Shown piece after piece: positions 34,811 through 45,646 of a stretch of 64,000 bases of DNA (the stretch's first letter is position 1; each line of letters opens with the position of its first letter). The position numbers and the translations under genes are program-made. The DNA is from an uncultured virus (IMG/VR IMGVR_UViG_3300025154_000055) (Duplodnaviria > Heunggongvirae > Uroviricota > Caudoviricetes): the IMG/VR virus record IMGVR_UViG_3300025154_000055; one strand, written 5' to 3'. The notes under the pieces are model-generated. The model saw only the letters and a program-made list of their open reading frames with translations. It did no database searches and was not told the DNA's origin.

Positions 34811-35152
34811 TGTAGCCCCCTAAACTGACTTTGATGGTATAGTCAAGATTGACTATCCTCGCACACTTCCCTATAGAAGTGTTCCACGTGTTCCAATTGC
34901 GACAATCGACACTCTGTCGTTTAATAGACACCGTGTCTATTATCTCTCACTCTGCCGTGACCTTACTGCGCCTGTTGTGACGAGTGACTATTGTCCTCGT
35001 TTGGCGCGACGACTGTCACCCTGCCACATGCCCGCATCATTTCGTTTAGGTCAACATACCCGCCCGTAGCACCTAACCTCTGCCGTTCGCGGATGATGTC
35101 AAGGTAGGATCGCACGTTGTAGACGGGTTGATCGGTCGTGTTAGTGTTCATG

Positions 35153-35224
35153 TGGCAAGGGTAGGGATTGAACCTACCTTACACCTTGTTAGGCCGTCCC
35201 CTGGACGTTTTGTGTATCCCTGCC
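35153..35224 (-). ncRNA. tRNA-like element (acceptor stem and T arm, no canonical D/anticodon arms)
   Basis: GGCAGGG/CCTTGCC-A acceptor; GTAGG-TTCAATC-CCTAC T arm. Confidence 0.4.
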
Positions 35225-37210
35225 GTGGTTGGCACTGTATAGCCCGTGCCTCTCTGGTAGTCGTCTGTAGCGGTATAGTCGTGTCACCCCTTATGGTGTA
35301 GTCGTCGGGAACTGCCAATGGTTCTACTTGCACTGTACCGCTATGCCGCCAGGCGTCGTGCATTGAGCGTTATTCGTGCTACCACTGCCGCTATCTGGGG
35401 TGTAGCCCGCGAAGATTAAAGCACACAGGTAGATGCACCCTACCAGTAACGCTGCACTAATCACGTATCGCCAGAACCGAACAAACATCAGAACCGCTAC
35501 AACGCCGCAAACTAACAAAGTAGTGCTTTCCATGATAATCCCCTCTTGAGAGTGTACCCGGTCAACCCGACCGGGAGGTCGTGCTACGCTAGTCGTTGCG
35601 ATCGTGCCGAACAATAGAGACCGTCAAGGCGTCAAAGTTTGGCGTTCCATCACTGTTGCGCTTGCCGGGTAACACTGCCCCATCACGGCAAGTCACATAT
35701 GGCCGTGACCACTTAGCCGCCCGCGCCGTGAGGGTGTCAATCAACCCAGTTACCTGATCGGCTGACAGCGCCGCCGAACAATGATACATGGTTGATACCT
35801 TGCATTCAGTCCACACCGTGTACACCATGCCATAAGCGGGTGATTCGCCCAACTCTTGCACGTGGATTACACAATTTAACTCTGCCATGCCATCCCCTTA
35901 TCTAGTCGGCTTGTAACGACTATCGCCGCATTACCGCGCACATTCGATACCGTGTTATGGTCTAGGTGTGCGCGTTACTCTGCGTTTTTTGGCTTGAGTA
36001 ACACTGGGGTGAGCCAGTACCACGCTACTCGCATCGCCTAGAAACCTACTGCCCACCGTTCAGGTCGCGCCATCCCCTCTAGAGTTCTGCACTGCGTCAA
36101 CCGGGGCACTGCGCTTAGTTCGTGTGCGTCTTGTCTCTATGGCACAATGATACACCCACAAACCAAACGCCTATAGTGTCATATGTCATACGTTTGGGGT
36201 GACATTTGTCATGTGCGTTGTGCAATCATGGCATAACGTCCTCGCAGTGATAGGGATGGACGCGCCAGTACTCACCTCGCACGAGTGACCGGTGTCGCGT
36301 GAGCTGAGTACCCGCTCGTGTGGTGGTAGTGTGTCGTGCCAGTGCGGCAGCTACGGCAGGGTCAACCCTCGCTTGTCGCGGGAGTCGTCACGGGCGCGAG
36401 GAGGATGCTATCCCCCGCCCTATCTCCCCTAGTGCAAAAGACTTGACATAATCACGGACATGAGGTACACTTGTAATCACATTATAGGTGTAAATTTAGG
36501 TTTGCAGTGTGACACCCTCCTTTCGCCTTGCTGGTACTTTCGTCATGGGTGACTTTTGCGCTATTGCCTATCTCGTCTCTCCCGTGGTAAGATGCGGACA
36601 TGAAACTGACAAGCGCGACAGAACATAAACACTTCCCTAGAGGAGTAAAAGTGAACGGACGTTCGCATCGCGTAGCAAAAATCTGCCTATTGTCTCTCCG
36701 GGGAATTACTGCCAACAAGGGTTGCAGCGAGGATTCCGGGTTGCTCTAAAAATGCCTACAATCGCGTCAGGAAGCGCGTGGCGAGGCGTGAGGGGTAGAT
36801 TTTGGCAAAAAGGTATCTATCTACCGCCCTGCCCTATTACCTCTCTTGTGCGTTACTGCTTCTGAGAGGGGTAATCGTGCTACTTATTCACGCACGACAC
36901 GAGAGGGGTACGGCGGGGGGTATTAGTCGTGACGCCACAAGCTGAACTAGAGTCGTCTATACACGTTCCAGTCGAACACTATCTTCCTGTTGATGAAACT
37001 AAACGCTGGCGGCCAAAACAACAATAGTCTCCAGTCTGCCGTACCAACTTCAACTACTCCTGGTTCTGTTCTATGCCACATGATTTTCTTCATGTTCCTC
37101 AATGACGGTATCGTTCAGCCCATCGATAATACTCGTCCACGCTTGCGCCTCTTCTTCGGAGACGAGTTCGTAGTCATCGGTATCAGGGTTATAGACTCGC
37201 GTGTTTGTCA

Positions 37211-37237
37211 TTATGTTAAGTTTCCGCTAGAGAACAT
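37211..37237 (-). repeat. 27-bp junction motif copy
   Basis: ATGTTCTCTA GCGGAA ACTTAACATAA; supplies the MTase TAA stop. Confidence 0.8.
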
Positions 37238-37921
37238 CGGCATCTGCGTCGGGTAGGGAATGTTCGTCCACATTGCCTCGGTGGTTGTGTGCTTGCTACC
37301 GTGCATTTTTTTCAAAGGCACGAAGTCCATCCAGTCAGCTTTGGTGTTCTCGCAGACGATGACTTGTCCTTTCCTAGTCTTGCACCACTCCGCCAATTCT
37401 GAGAAGTCTAGCATCTTGCTACTCATGGGGTAGTGCTCCCCGCCGTACTGGTAGGGGCTGTCAATAAACCATGTTGCCTCAATGTTGGGTATCTCTCGAT
37501 AGTCGAGATTCGTTATCTTCCAGTGCTTAATGAGATGGTGATATTTAAGTAGGCGCTTTTTAGCCTGCCCTACGCTATCGCCCCAAACGGATTGACTCGA
37601 ATAGATATTGTGGGGCGTTGCCACTCCCCGAACAACCACGAACCCCAGCAGACGACGCATGTCATCCGATATGTCCATCTCCCGAATGTCGTCGCCCAAC
37701 TTCATTTCTGGAATAGACTCAATCTCTTCGGTGGTAATCCTCTGCAAGTATAACCATAGTCGGTAAATGTCAGGACTGAGGTCGTTTATCCACACCGACT
37801 TGTCTGGACACCTACGAAGAGAATAGTTCGCCGCGCCAGCAAACGGTTCAATCACGGTATCGTACATTGGTCGGGGGTAGTATTGTGCTACCTTGCTTTT
37901 CCCTCCGAAGTATGAAAACAT
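37211..37921 (-). CDS. D12-class DNA adenine methyltransferase
   Basis: FSYFGGKSK, IEPFAGAA, FIDSPY (DPPY variant). Confidence 0.85.
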   Translation of the reverse strand: MFSYFGGKSKVAQYYPRPMYDTVIEPFAGAANYSLRRCPDKSVWINDLSPDIYRLWLYLQRITTEEIESIPEMKLGDDIREMDISDDMRRLLGFVVVRGVATPHNIYSSQSVWGDSVGQAKKRLLKYHHLIKHWKITNLDYREIPNIEATWFIDSPYQYGGEHYPMSSKMLDFSELAEWCKTRKGQVIVCENTKADWMDFVPLKKMHGSKHTTTEAMWTNIPYPTQMPMFSSGNLT

Positions 37922-37947
37922 TATGTCAACCTACCGTGCGAGAGATT
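37921..37947 (-). repeat. 27-bp junction motif copy
   Basis: AATCTCTCGC ACGGTA GGTTGACATAA; last A is the A of the MTase ATG. Confidence 0.85.
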
Positions 37948-38960
37948 AGTAGTTCACCGAACACAGCAACCCTCTGCCGTTTGTCTCGATCCACTCTTGA
38001 ACAGTACGAGTCATCCTATCGCCGTCGTCGTTCCAGTTCATGATCGTGAAGTCCGTCCTGTCGTCAGGAATCTGTCGCCACTCACCTTCGGGGGTAGCAT
38101 CGTCGCCCACCAGTTCTACTTGCTTAGTGTAGCAATCTAGGGCAGACTCTCCAATGTACCAGTCGTTGTCGTCACAGTAAATGTGCATTATAGACTCCCC
38201 ATGCCCTCCCGACTATGCAACTTCAGTGGGCAGTTCACTGGCCCTTGAGACTGGCAGAACTCGTCTCGTTCTTGGAGTTGGTATACCAGAGCGTCGTAGT
38301 TCACCTTGAGGGTGTTCTTTTCTTGTATCAGACCCTCTATCTCAGGGGTAAGTCGCCTAATCTCGTCCCGAATCTCTACTGCCATATCATTCGTAGTTCG
38401 GGAGACTGCCTCAAGAAGAGTGATCCTAGCCAATGCCACATTCAGGGCATTCCTAGCATCACCTCCATTCTCTGCAATGTACTGGTCAATCTTAGTGGAT
38501 ACGGTCATATTACCACCTACTTCCATGATGATCTTCTACTACGACTTCTGCTATATCACTAGACGGGATCGCCGTTTCGGTATACCATTCGTCTTTAATG
38601 ATAGCGAACCCGCCCTCGTACCGGATACTCTTGGTATAACTACCACCCGACCGACCCTCGTGCATAAACCTCCGAATAGCACCGCTCTTCATTCTAACGA
38701 TGATGTTACTCATTATACCATCCTCGCTTCGGGGTACTTCGCCCTAGTCCTAGCCCGTACCATATATTGTTCTCGCAGCATACGTCTGTATACATCCGAG
38801 TGGGTATACGGGTTGTCACTATCGCTACCCCTGTCTGCTAGTTTCCGTGCCTTGTCAGCACCTACTACTACTTCTAGCATAAGGACATTGGCATGGGGTA
38901 CTATACGCCCCACCGTGCCGGTAGTATGCGCTGCTATCATGTCATTAAAGAATCGTGTCC

Positions 38961-39437
38961 TCATGGTACTCGCGCCTCTTGCCTGTCTATGCTACCATCT
39001 GGTTTCACGATGACGACTTCCTTACCCTTCTTCTGAGCGTAGTTGATGGTATACCATGTTCCCCCCCGGTAAGGATTACCCCCGTACCGTTCTACCACTT
39101 GGAACGTCTTAGCAGACTTAGGGCATCCTATCAGAATATCACATAGGTCTACTATCTCGTCATCTCGCTTCAGGAATCCCTTTCTGGGTTCCTCCCTGTA
39201 GTACCCCTGTAACTTCGCTTGGAAGGTGTCTACCTTTGGGGGGTGTCCTATGATATGGCACTGGGGGAGTACCTGTCGTACTATATCATGGAAGATGGCA
39301 TCTGCCCCTACGCACTCCCCGTGGTGTACCTCGGTAGGCTTAATCCACTTCAGGAGCTGTGCTACCGTCTGTTTTTGGGCGTCTGTGATACCATACCTGC
39401 TACCTGTAAATCCTACTATCCTACTTGTCATTCCCAT
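38961..39437 (-). CDS. SLOG/DprA-like nucleotide-binding protein
   Basis: IVGFTGSR, VHHG.C.GAD, RD.EIV, GGTW.TINYA. Confidence 0.7.
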   Translation of the reverse strand: MGMTSRIVGFTGSRYGITDAQKQTVAQLLKWIKPTEVHHGECVGADAIFHDIVRQVLPQCHIIGHPPKVDTFQAKLQGYYREEPRKGFLKRDDEIVDLCDILIGCPKSAKTFQVVERYGGNPYRGGTWYTINYAQKKGKEVVIVKPDGSIDRQEARVP

Positions 39438-40145
39438 TCCTCGTACCCGTAGTATATTAACATACCGCGTGGGTTCTTACTACTGCCACATCCACCAGTA
39501 TTACATGCTTTTCTCTCGCACCTAAAGCAATATACCCTCGGAACATCTACTATATTACCACAATCCGCACAAGTATGGTATGGTACTATGGTAGCACACG
39601 CCTTCTGTGCCATGCGTTGCACCTGTGCCATGAGTGCGCGATATTCCTCGGAGACTACCCTGGTACGTGCCATTACCGCTAGTCCATCTTCTGAAACGTA
39701 ACGCCTTGATACATGCCGTTGTTAAGTTGAATCTCCAGAATCGTCATCATCTCTTGTTGCGCCCTGACGAAGTTCCAGAACACGTTGTCCAATGGTGGCA
39801 GTCTGGAAATGACGTATGCCCAATAGGACACATCCTCTGGGTTATAATCACCGTCATGAGTCGAATCGAAGGCGCTCATTGAACTCATTAAAGAGACTTT
39901 CTTCCAGTTCATCCAGCGACACCGGTGTAACACCCTCGTCTGTGCCGTACTGAACGTCGATGATACCGCCAATCCATGTCACCAACTCTTGACGCTTTAG
40001 GATACCATCATCCAAGTCGATGACGCCCTCTTTATCCATCCAATCGACAACCGATTCTGCCGCTTTCTGTGCGTTTTCAGTCACTTGATTTTCCTCCAAA
40101 AAGGATAGATTTACCTGATATTATTCACGAAATCAGGTTATTTTA

Positions 40146-40703
40146 TCAGGATTCAAACAGGGAATTTTGGATAAATGGAACGTCCAATTTTCTCTCTGCC
40201 ATACAGATAGTGTCGTTGTGAACTCCGCCATGAGCGCAAAGCATGATCTCCAAAATCTCAAAACCGTGCTTCTTTCCCATTCCGTTTGTGCTCCATCCGA
40301 AAGATAACACCGTTGTTCCGTCAGAACACAACCTGGCTATTGCGCTTTTCCAGTCCGACCACGACTTTCCTTGTGTGTCCTGCATGGTAACTTTCCTACC
40401 AACGGACTGATATTGTTCCATTACTTGACGACTAGAGTACGGAGGGTCGAAAATAACAAGGTCTGGCGTTACTCCATCGGATAGCATTTTGTTTAGGAAA
40501 TCAAGCGCATCCATATGGTACTGCGCCGTCGTGTCTGGATTCAGGTCGTTCGTGTAAGTCGCCCACCCGTTATTTCGAGCAAACGGGTCTACGCTTACTT
40601 TAGATTGGCGCAGGTACTTCTTAACAAATTCAGCGATGGGCGCAACCTCAAAGGTATTGCTGTTGGGCATTGCCCATACGCGAGAAAACTTAATGTCTGC
40701 CAC
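40146..40703 (-). CDS. DNA adenine methyltransferase
   Basis: SVDPFAR and IFDPPYS motifs; GTG start after GAGGA. Confidence 0.8.
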   Translation of the reverse strand: MADIKFSRVWAMPNSNTFEVAPIAEFVKKYLRQSKVSVDPFARNNGWATYTNDLNPDTTAQYHMDALDFLNKMLSDGVTPDLVIFDPPYSSRQVMEQYQSVGRKVTMQDTQGKSWSDWKSAIARLCSDGTTVLSFGWSTNGMGKKHGFEILEIMLCAHGGVHNDTICMAERKLDVPFIQNSLFES

Positions 40704-40881
40704 TATTCCTCTACCTCTTCCGTCTCTGACTGACTCAAGTCCACCAATTCCACCTTCACTCCCCACACTCGACCGCAAACGTCACACTTATCCGTCTGGT
40801 GTCGGTCGATAATCAGGAGCGCAGTACCGCACTCGCAGGTAAACATCACGTCTACGACACAGTGGTTAATCGTCGCTTCGG

Positions 40882-41817
40882 TCATTCTGCCTCCTGTTTG
40901 GGGATAAAGGACAGTATCCATGCGATTACGTCTACTGTCCATCCGTTTCCAAGCGCATGATAGCGCCTGGTGTCACTAACGCAGCTTGTGTAAAATTCCG
41001 GCACTGTCTGTAATCTCTCACATTCGAGTGGCGTGAGTTTCCGCCACGTTTCTCCATCTTCTGTGATTTTGGGTTCCCGATGACCACCTCCCATTGTTGT
41101 AAGTGTTGGGGATTTCCCGTCTGGAGAATACACCCTCTTAATAATATCTTGCGCCTTAATGTCCGCCTCGCCAACTTGTATGCACTCCTTGACGAGTTGT
41201 CTTCTGGACTTACCGAAATAACTCTTTAGATTTCCGCCCTTAAAGTAATTGGCGTCTACGCAGTACGATTTTTCTCTATCAACTACTCTAGATTCAACAA
41301 TGTCTCTCAGAAAAAACCCTTTATCTTCTGGCAACCCAGATACGGGTATATTCGTCCAGTACCATCGTTTTCTGGATTGCGCCGAAACGAGTGAGGAGTT
41401 AATCTCCACGTAGTCAACACCCAGTCTGTCCGAAATGACTTTGGCGTGTTCTTTCTTCATTCTTACGTTTTCGAGCAAGAACCACTTCGGCTTGTATACG
41501 TCCAGAATGTCGGCAAACTCAAAGAACAACTTGCTTCTGGGGTCATCAAAATTCAACCCTAACCCAGAGAAGCTAAACCCCTGGCAGGGAGAACCGGCGA
41601 TGGCGAGGTCTATTTGGGGTAGATTCCACTCTCGCCACTTTGTCACGTCGCCCAGCTGAATCGTCTTGGGATAGTTCGCCGTCGTCACCTTAATGGCGTA
41701 CTTGTCAATTTCACTAGCGTAGTAGTTCTCAACAGGTATACCGGCGCGTTCTAGCGCAATCTGTCCGCAGCTAATCCCGTCGAAGGCACTCAAAATGTTC
41801 AATTGACCTCCAGCCAC
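40882..41817 (-). CDS. C5 cytosine DNA methyltransferase
   Basis: FDGISCG, GSPCQGFS, LLENV, Q.R.R.YW, ECERLQ, LGNGW. Confidence 0.93.
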   Translation of the reverse strand: MAGGQLNILSAFDGISCGQIALERAGIPVENYYASEIDKYAIKVTTANYPKTIQLGDVTKWREWNLPQIDLAIAGSPCQGFSFSGLGLNFDDPRSKLFFEFADILDVYKPKWFLLENVRMKKEHAKVISDRLGVDYVEINSSLVSAQSRKRWYWTNIPVSGLPEDKGFFLRDIVESRVVDREKSYCVDANYFKGGNLKSYFGKSRRQLVKECIQVGEADIKAQDIIKRVYSPDGKSPTLTTMGGGHREPKITEDGETWRKLTPLECERLQTVPEFYTSCVSDTRRYHALGNGWTVDVIAWILSFIPKQEAE

Positions 41818-43420
41818 TGCCTATCGTCCGTCAGTACTCGGAACACGCCGTCGCCTATGAACACCTTATCCCGCAATTCCATGCCCATGAGGGACTTACC
41901 CGGTTCTGACGACAGCACTTCGCGTATTTCCTTAAAGAGCATCGCCTTAGTCTTAGCGTCCACTTCCAGAATGATAGGCGATAGTCCCATCTTGACGACA
42001 CGGGTGTGTTCACGGGATATATCCATAAGGAGTGACATTAGAATGGAATCCACTCGTACTGGCACTTATCACTACAGCAGTCCGCCTTAACATCACCGTA
42101 GTCCCAAAATATCTTTCCACAAACGGGACACTCAATCTTACGGGGACGATTACTCCAACTAACCGTCAACCAGTATTTTAAGCATTCTAAAAAACTCATC
42201 TTAGCACGTTTCCTTTAATGGATGGCAGACTCTTTGCCACATGATCCAGTACGGCGCTCCACTCCGTTGCCCATTCAGACTCTCCCGTGGCGTCCAGGTC
42301 ATCGTACTTTTCGGCGAGAGAGTGGTACAGCGCCTCTTTCCAGTTGCCCTTGATTTGTTTGCTGTAGCACCACTGTTCAAAGTCCATTATTCCGCGTCCT
42401 TTTTGGGCGTCACAATGTAGATAGGCGGCAGTTCTTCTTTAAGGGAACTGTTCCGACTCTGGATAAACCACGCGAACAGTATCCCCAAAGAGAACGACAC
42501 GGCACTAAATCCCAAAACGAATAGAATCGCTACTTCAATGTGAATCATATCAATTTCCCTTCTTGCGTACCAAAACTCCCACGGCAACGGCAGCGCAGAA
42601 GGCCAACACATATGGCGTAAATGGATTGTACGCGCCACGAACTAAATCTGTTAATAACCACCCTAAAACAAAAAACACCACGAAAGTCATTGGCTAGCTC
42701 TCCTTTGAAGATTCGGGATACGCCCATTGCTCTTGCGGTAGATTCTTATCCCAACACGCCTTGTGAGCGCACCTAGACTTGTTATCAGAGCTGTATCCCG
42801 CATAAACAGCATGACGCACCTTAAAGTCGTCCATTGTTAGTAATTCCCCACAGATACGGAAGGATTCCCCCACATAGAACGTCATCACAAAGCCCATCAG
42901 CGGGCTGGGTTCGTAACTTTGAAGTTCTTCTTCGTTTTCACACATTCGCCACGTCCTCTAAATGAAAAGAATTACAATTTGCGCCATAACAATCAAAACG
43001 CGAATTCACAAAATGCTAGGGGCTATTAGAAATATCACTCCGAGCACAATCACTGCGGAAAATTTTAGGAACAATCCTCTTTTAGTCCACATGCGCCACG
43101 TCCTTTCTGTTGATAGTCCGATTACCCCGCACATCCAGACAAATCGTTATCTCCGCAACTTTCAACTGTAAATTCGTAATTTCCCCAATTAGATGCCCAC
43201 GTATCCCCCGAAATGCGGTGAGCGACATCTTCCATCCTGATTCCCTTATCGCACAACTTAGCATATGCCGCTTCCGCCTCATTTGGCTCGCCCACTAGGG
43301 ATAATGCAAACACTTTATTTGCGTCCATGTTTTCTCCTTTGAAGATTCTTCAATGATTATCGCACCAGACGACTCACGGCGCAATAGCACCAAAGTCCCA
43401 AACTGGAGATGGGCGCGTCA

Positions 43421-43447
43421 TTATGTAAAGTAATCTTTAGAGAGGTT
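43421..43447 (-). repeat. 27-bp junction motif copy
   Basis: AACCTCTCTA AAGATT ACTTTACATAA; at the strand switch. Confidence 0.85.
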
Positions 43448-43510
43448 CTGCGGTGGAGCAACTACTCTAATGGTATTGACTTTATGGAAAGTATTTGGTA
43501 TAATCGTTAT

Positions 43511-43720
43511 ATGAACACACAAGATGCAACAACTATCCGAGTGAGTAAGAAGACCCGCGATTTCATTATGAGGGTTTGTAATCTTAGAGGACAGACCGCT
43601 GATGAGTTCACGGCAGAGTTGATGTCGGAGTACGCTTCAGACATGGACGACGATTACGCCGTTAAACTTCTCAAAGAGGTTCGTTCTGAGTATGGATTGA
43701 CTGCTGTCCGTAAACACTGA
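43511..43720 (+). CDS. ribbon-helix-helix (CopG-like) regulator, probably leaderless
   Basis: TTIRVSKKTRD strand-helix pattern; TTGACT-17-TATAAT immediately upstream of ATG. Confidence 0.55.
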   Translation: MNTQDATTIRVSKKTRDFIMRVCNLRGQTADEFTAELMSEYASDMDDDYAVKLLKEVRSEYGLTAVRKH

Positions 43721-43846
43721 GCGCGAGACTGGATGGCGTCCAATTGTCTCGCGCTTCAATGGGGTGCGTAGCCTGCCTGACTCGCATCCCTATGGTATCA
43801 CGTTTCTGTTGCTTTTGCAATAGGACGACATAGGAATAAAGTACCA

Positions 43847-44647
43847 ATGAACCTTCCAGAAATAGAATACGCCTCAAGAGTCGAAGAAGAACACGCCGAA
43901 TCGTCATATGCAGAAACACAATCAGAGAAGAAAGAGAGTTGGCGATGGTGCGAGAAAATACTCCTCAATAGAATCTACGCAGACGGCACACGGTATAAGT
44001 TCCGACTGAAATGTGGAAACTCCCGACATTGCAGAAAGTGCAGAGAAGATATGATAGATAAAGTAGTCAAACAACTCAACTTTACCGTTCCTCTTTACTG
44101 TCACTACATAGATGATACCAGGGCGACTTGGGATAGTTGGCGCAAGTGGTTTATCAGGAATAGAACCGCATACGACGCCTACTGGAGATACCCCTTAAAG
44201 AATGGATGGTGTGTCGTTGTCAGTACGATAAACCGATACGGCAATGCGCCGATACTTTCAAGAGATGACGCTAGAGAAAAGGTATCTCAGTGGATAATGG
44301 AGCGTGGACTCCACGGGAACGTCAGCAGAAGTGAGGAATATAGCGAATGTTCGTCCTGTTATGTTCTGTGTCCTTCGAGACTAAAGAAGTGTCCAGAGTG
44401 CAATGGGGAGACATTTAAGAGAAAGAGTGATATTGTTCCCAGAAAAGAGCGCGTCGTCCTGTCCTCTATCAAAATGGATGAGCTGGCCCAAAGTAAGTTT
44501 GATGAAAGTATCGGCGCTATTGGCGGTAAGAACGCCCTGTGGGATATGGACAGAATCGCAGAAGAGGCGAATATCGCCGGAATGGACTTAGAGAATTATC
44601 TCAATAAACTAGCGCACGACGCCTTGATGCAATCCAAGAAAACATAA
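43847..44647 (+). CDS. Zn-finger protein, paralogue of 57297-57872
   Basis: CGNSRHCRKC and CSSC/CPEC; shares WR...VST...W.M...GNVS blocks with 57297 protein. Confidence 0.65.
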   Translation: MNLPEIEYASRVEEEHAESSYAETQSEKKESWRWCEKILLNRIYADGTRYKFRLKCGNSRHCRKCREDMIDKVVKQLNFTVPLYCHYIDDTRATWDSWRKWFIRNRTAYDAYWRYPLKNGWCVVVSTINRYGNAPILSRDDAREKVSQWIMERGLHGNVSRSEEYSECSSCYVLCPSRLKKCPECNGETFKRKSDIVPRKERVVLSSIKMDELAQSKFDESIGAIGGKNALWDMDRIAEEANIAGMDLENYLNKLAHDALMQSKKT

Positions 44648-44779
44648 TGTCCGAAGTTGTCCTTTCAGTATCTCTTCTATGGAAAACTTGGGACATGGAA
44701 TCTATTGGGACGCGCACATTACCAATATCCCATTGCCGTCTATGATTAGAAGGGGCATAATGACAGGAAAGGACGTGAC

Positions 44780-45574
44780 ATGGACATTGACTGTATCTAT
44801 AATGAAAATTGTTTAGACACGCTGGCGCGGATGCCGGACGGGTTTGTGGACTTAGTGGTGACGAGTCCGCCGTATGACAATCTCCGAAAATACAATGGGT
44901 ACTCGTTCGATTTTGAAGCGATTGCGCGAGGGTTATACCGCGTCACTAAGCAAGGCGGGGTAGTGGTTTGGGTCGTGGGAGATGCCACTGTAAACGGAAG
45001 CGAAACAGGTACGAGTTTTAGGCAGGCGCTTTTCTTTAAGGATATTGGATTCAATTTACACGATACCATGATTTATGAACAAGCGGGGACTGGCGCGAAG
45101 GGAAGTATTTATTCTTATTGGCAAGCGTTCGAGTATATGTTCATCCTTTCTAAAGGACGCCCGAAGTCAGTCAATCGCATTGAGGACGTTAAAAACAAAA
45201 CACTCGGCCTGATCCGATCAGGCCGATACCGAGAGGGCGGAAACGCCGAAAAGAACCACGCCACTAAAGAAACGGGGACTCGGACTAACATATGGAGGTA
45301 TTCCGTTGGGTTCGCTGATAATTCTGATAAGACTGGACACCCTGCCCCTTTTCCAGAACAACTAGCCCATGACCACATCATCTCATGGAGCAACGAGGGC
45401 GATCTCGTCTACGACCCCTTCATGGGAAGTGGCACTACCGCCAAAATGTCCTTTCTGAACAATCGTCACTGGATTGGTTCTGAGATTAGCGCAGAGTATT
45501 GTGAGATTGCCAATCAGCGTATTGCCACTGTCCGAGCGACAGAGTCCCGCCGTCCCGTACAGATGGCGCTATAG
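44780..45574 (+). CDS. N4/N6 DNA methyltransferase (beta class)
   Basis: VTSPPY, HPAPFP, DPFMGSGTT. Confidence 0.93.
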   Translation: MDIDCIYNENCLDTLARMPDGFVDLVVTSPPYDNLRKYNGYSFDFEAIARGLYRVTKQGGVVVWVVGDATVNGSETGTSFRQALFFKDIGFNLHDTMIYEQAGTGAKGSIYSYWQAFEYMFILSKGRPKSVNRIEDVKNKTLGLIRSGRYREGGNAEKNHATKETGTRTNIWRYSVGFADNSDKTGHPAPFPEQLAHDHIISWSNEGDLVYDPFMGSGTTAKMSFLNNRHWIGSEISAEYCEIANQRIATVRATESRRPVQMAL

Positions 45575-45646
45575 TACCCAATCCCCATATCCCCGCGTGA
45601 CGTTTTGGGGGTATAATGTGCGTATCACTTTCAAGGACGGACTAAC

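Larger units (their letters stand above)
18950..36212 (-). promoter_or_regulatory. family of about 17 leftward promoters with tandem GTGAC-N4-GTCAC boxes
   Basis: Proximal boxes start at 18979, 20778, 21007, 21419, 23965, 25248, 25964, 26712, 27144, 27730, 28198, 29125, 29482, 31779, 33265, 33633, 36176; each 23 bp from a TAnnnT -10, with a second box 22-23 bp further out. Confidence 0.8.

Noticed and set aside
38306..39013. Long opposite-strand ORFs (also 49090-49806, 53176-53763, 56007-56567, 15822-16379)
   Set aside because: Antisense shadows of better-supported minus-strand genes, with no RBS or motifs.
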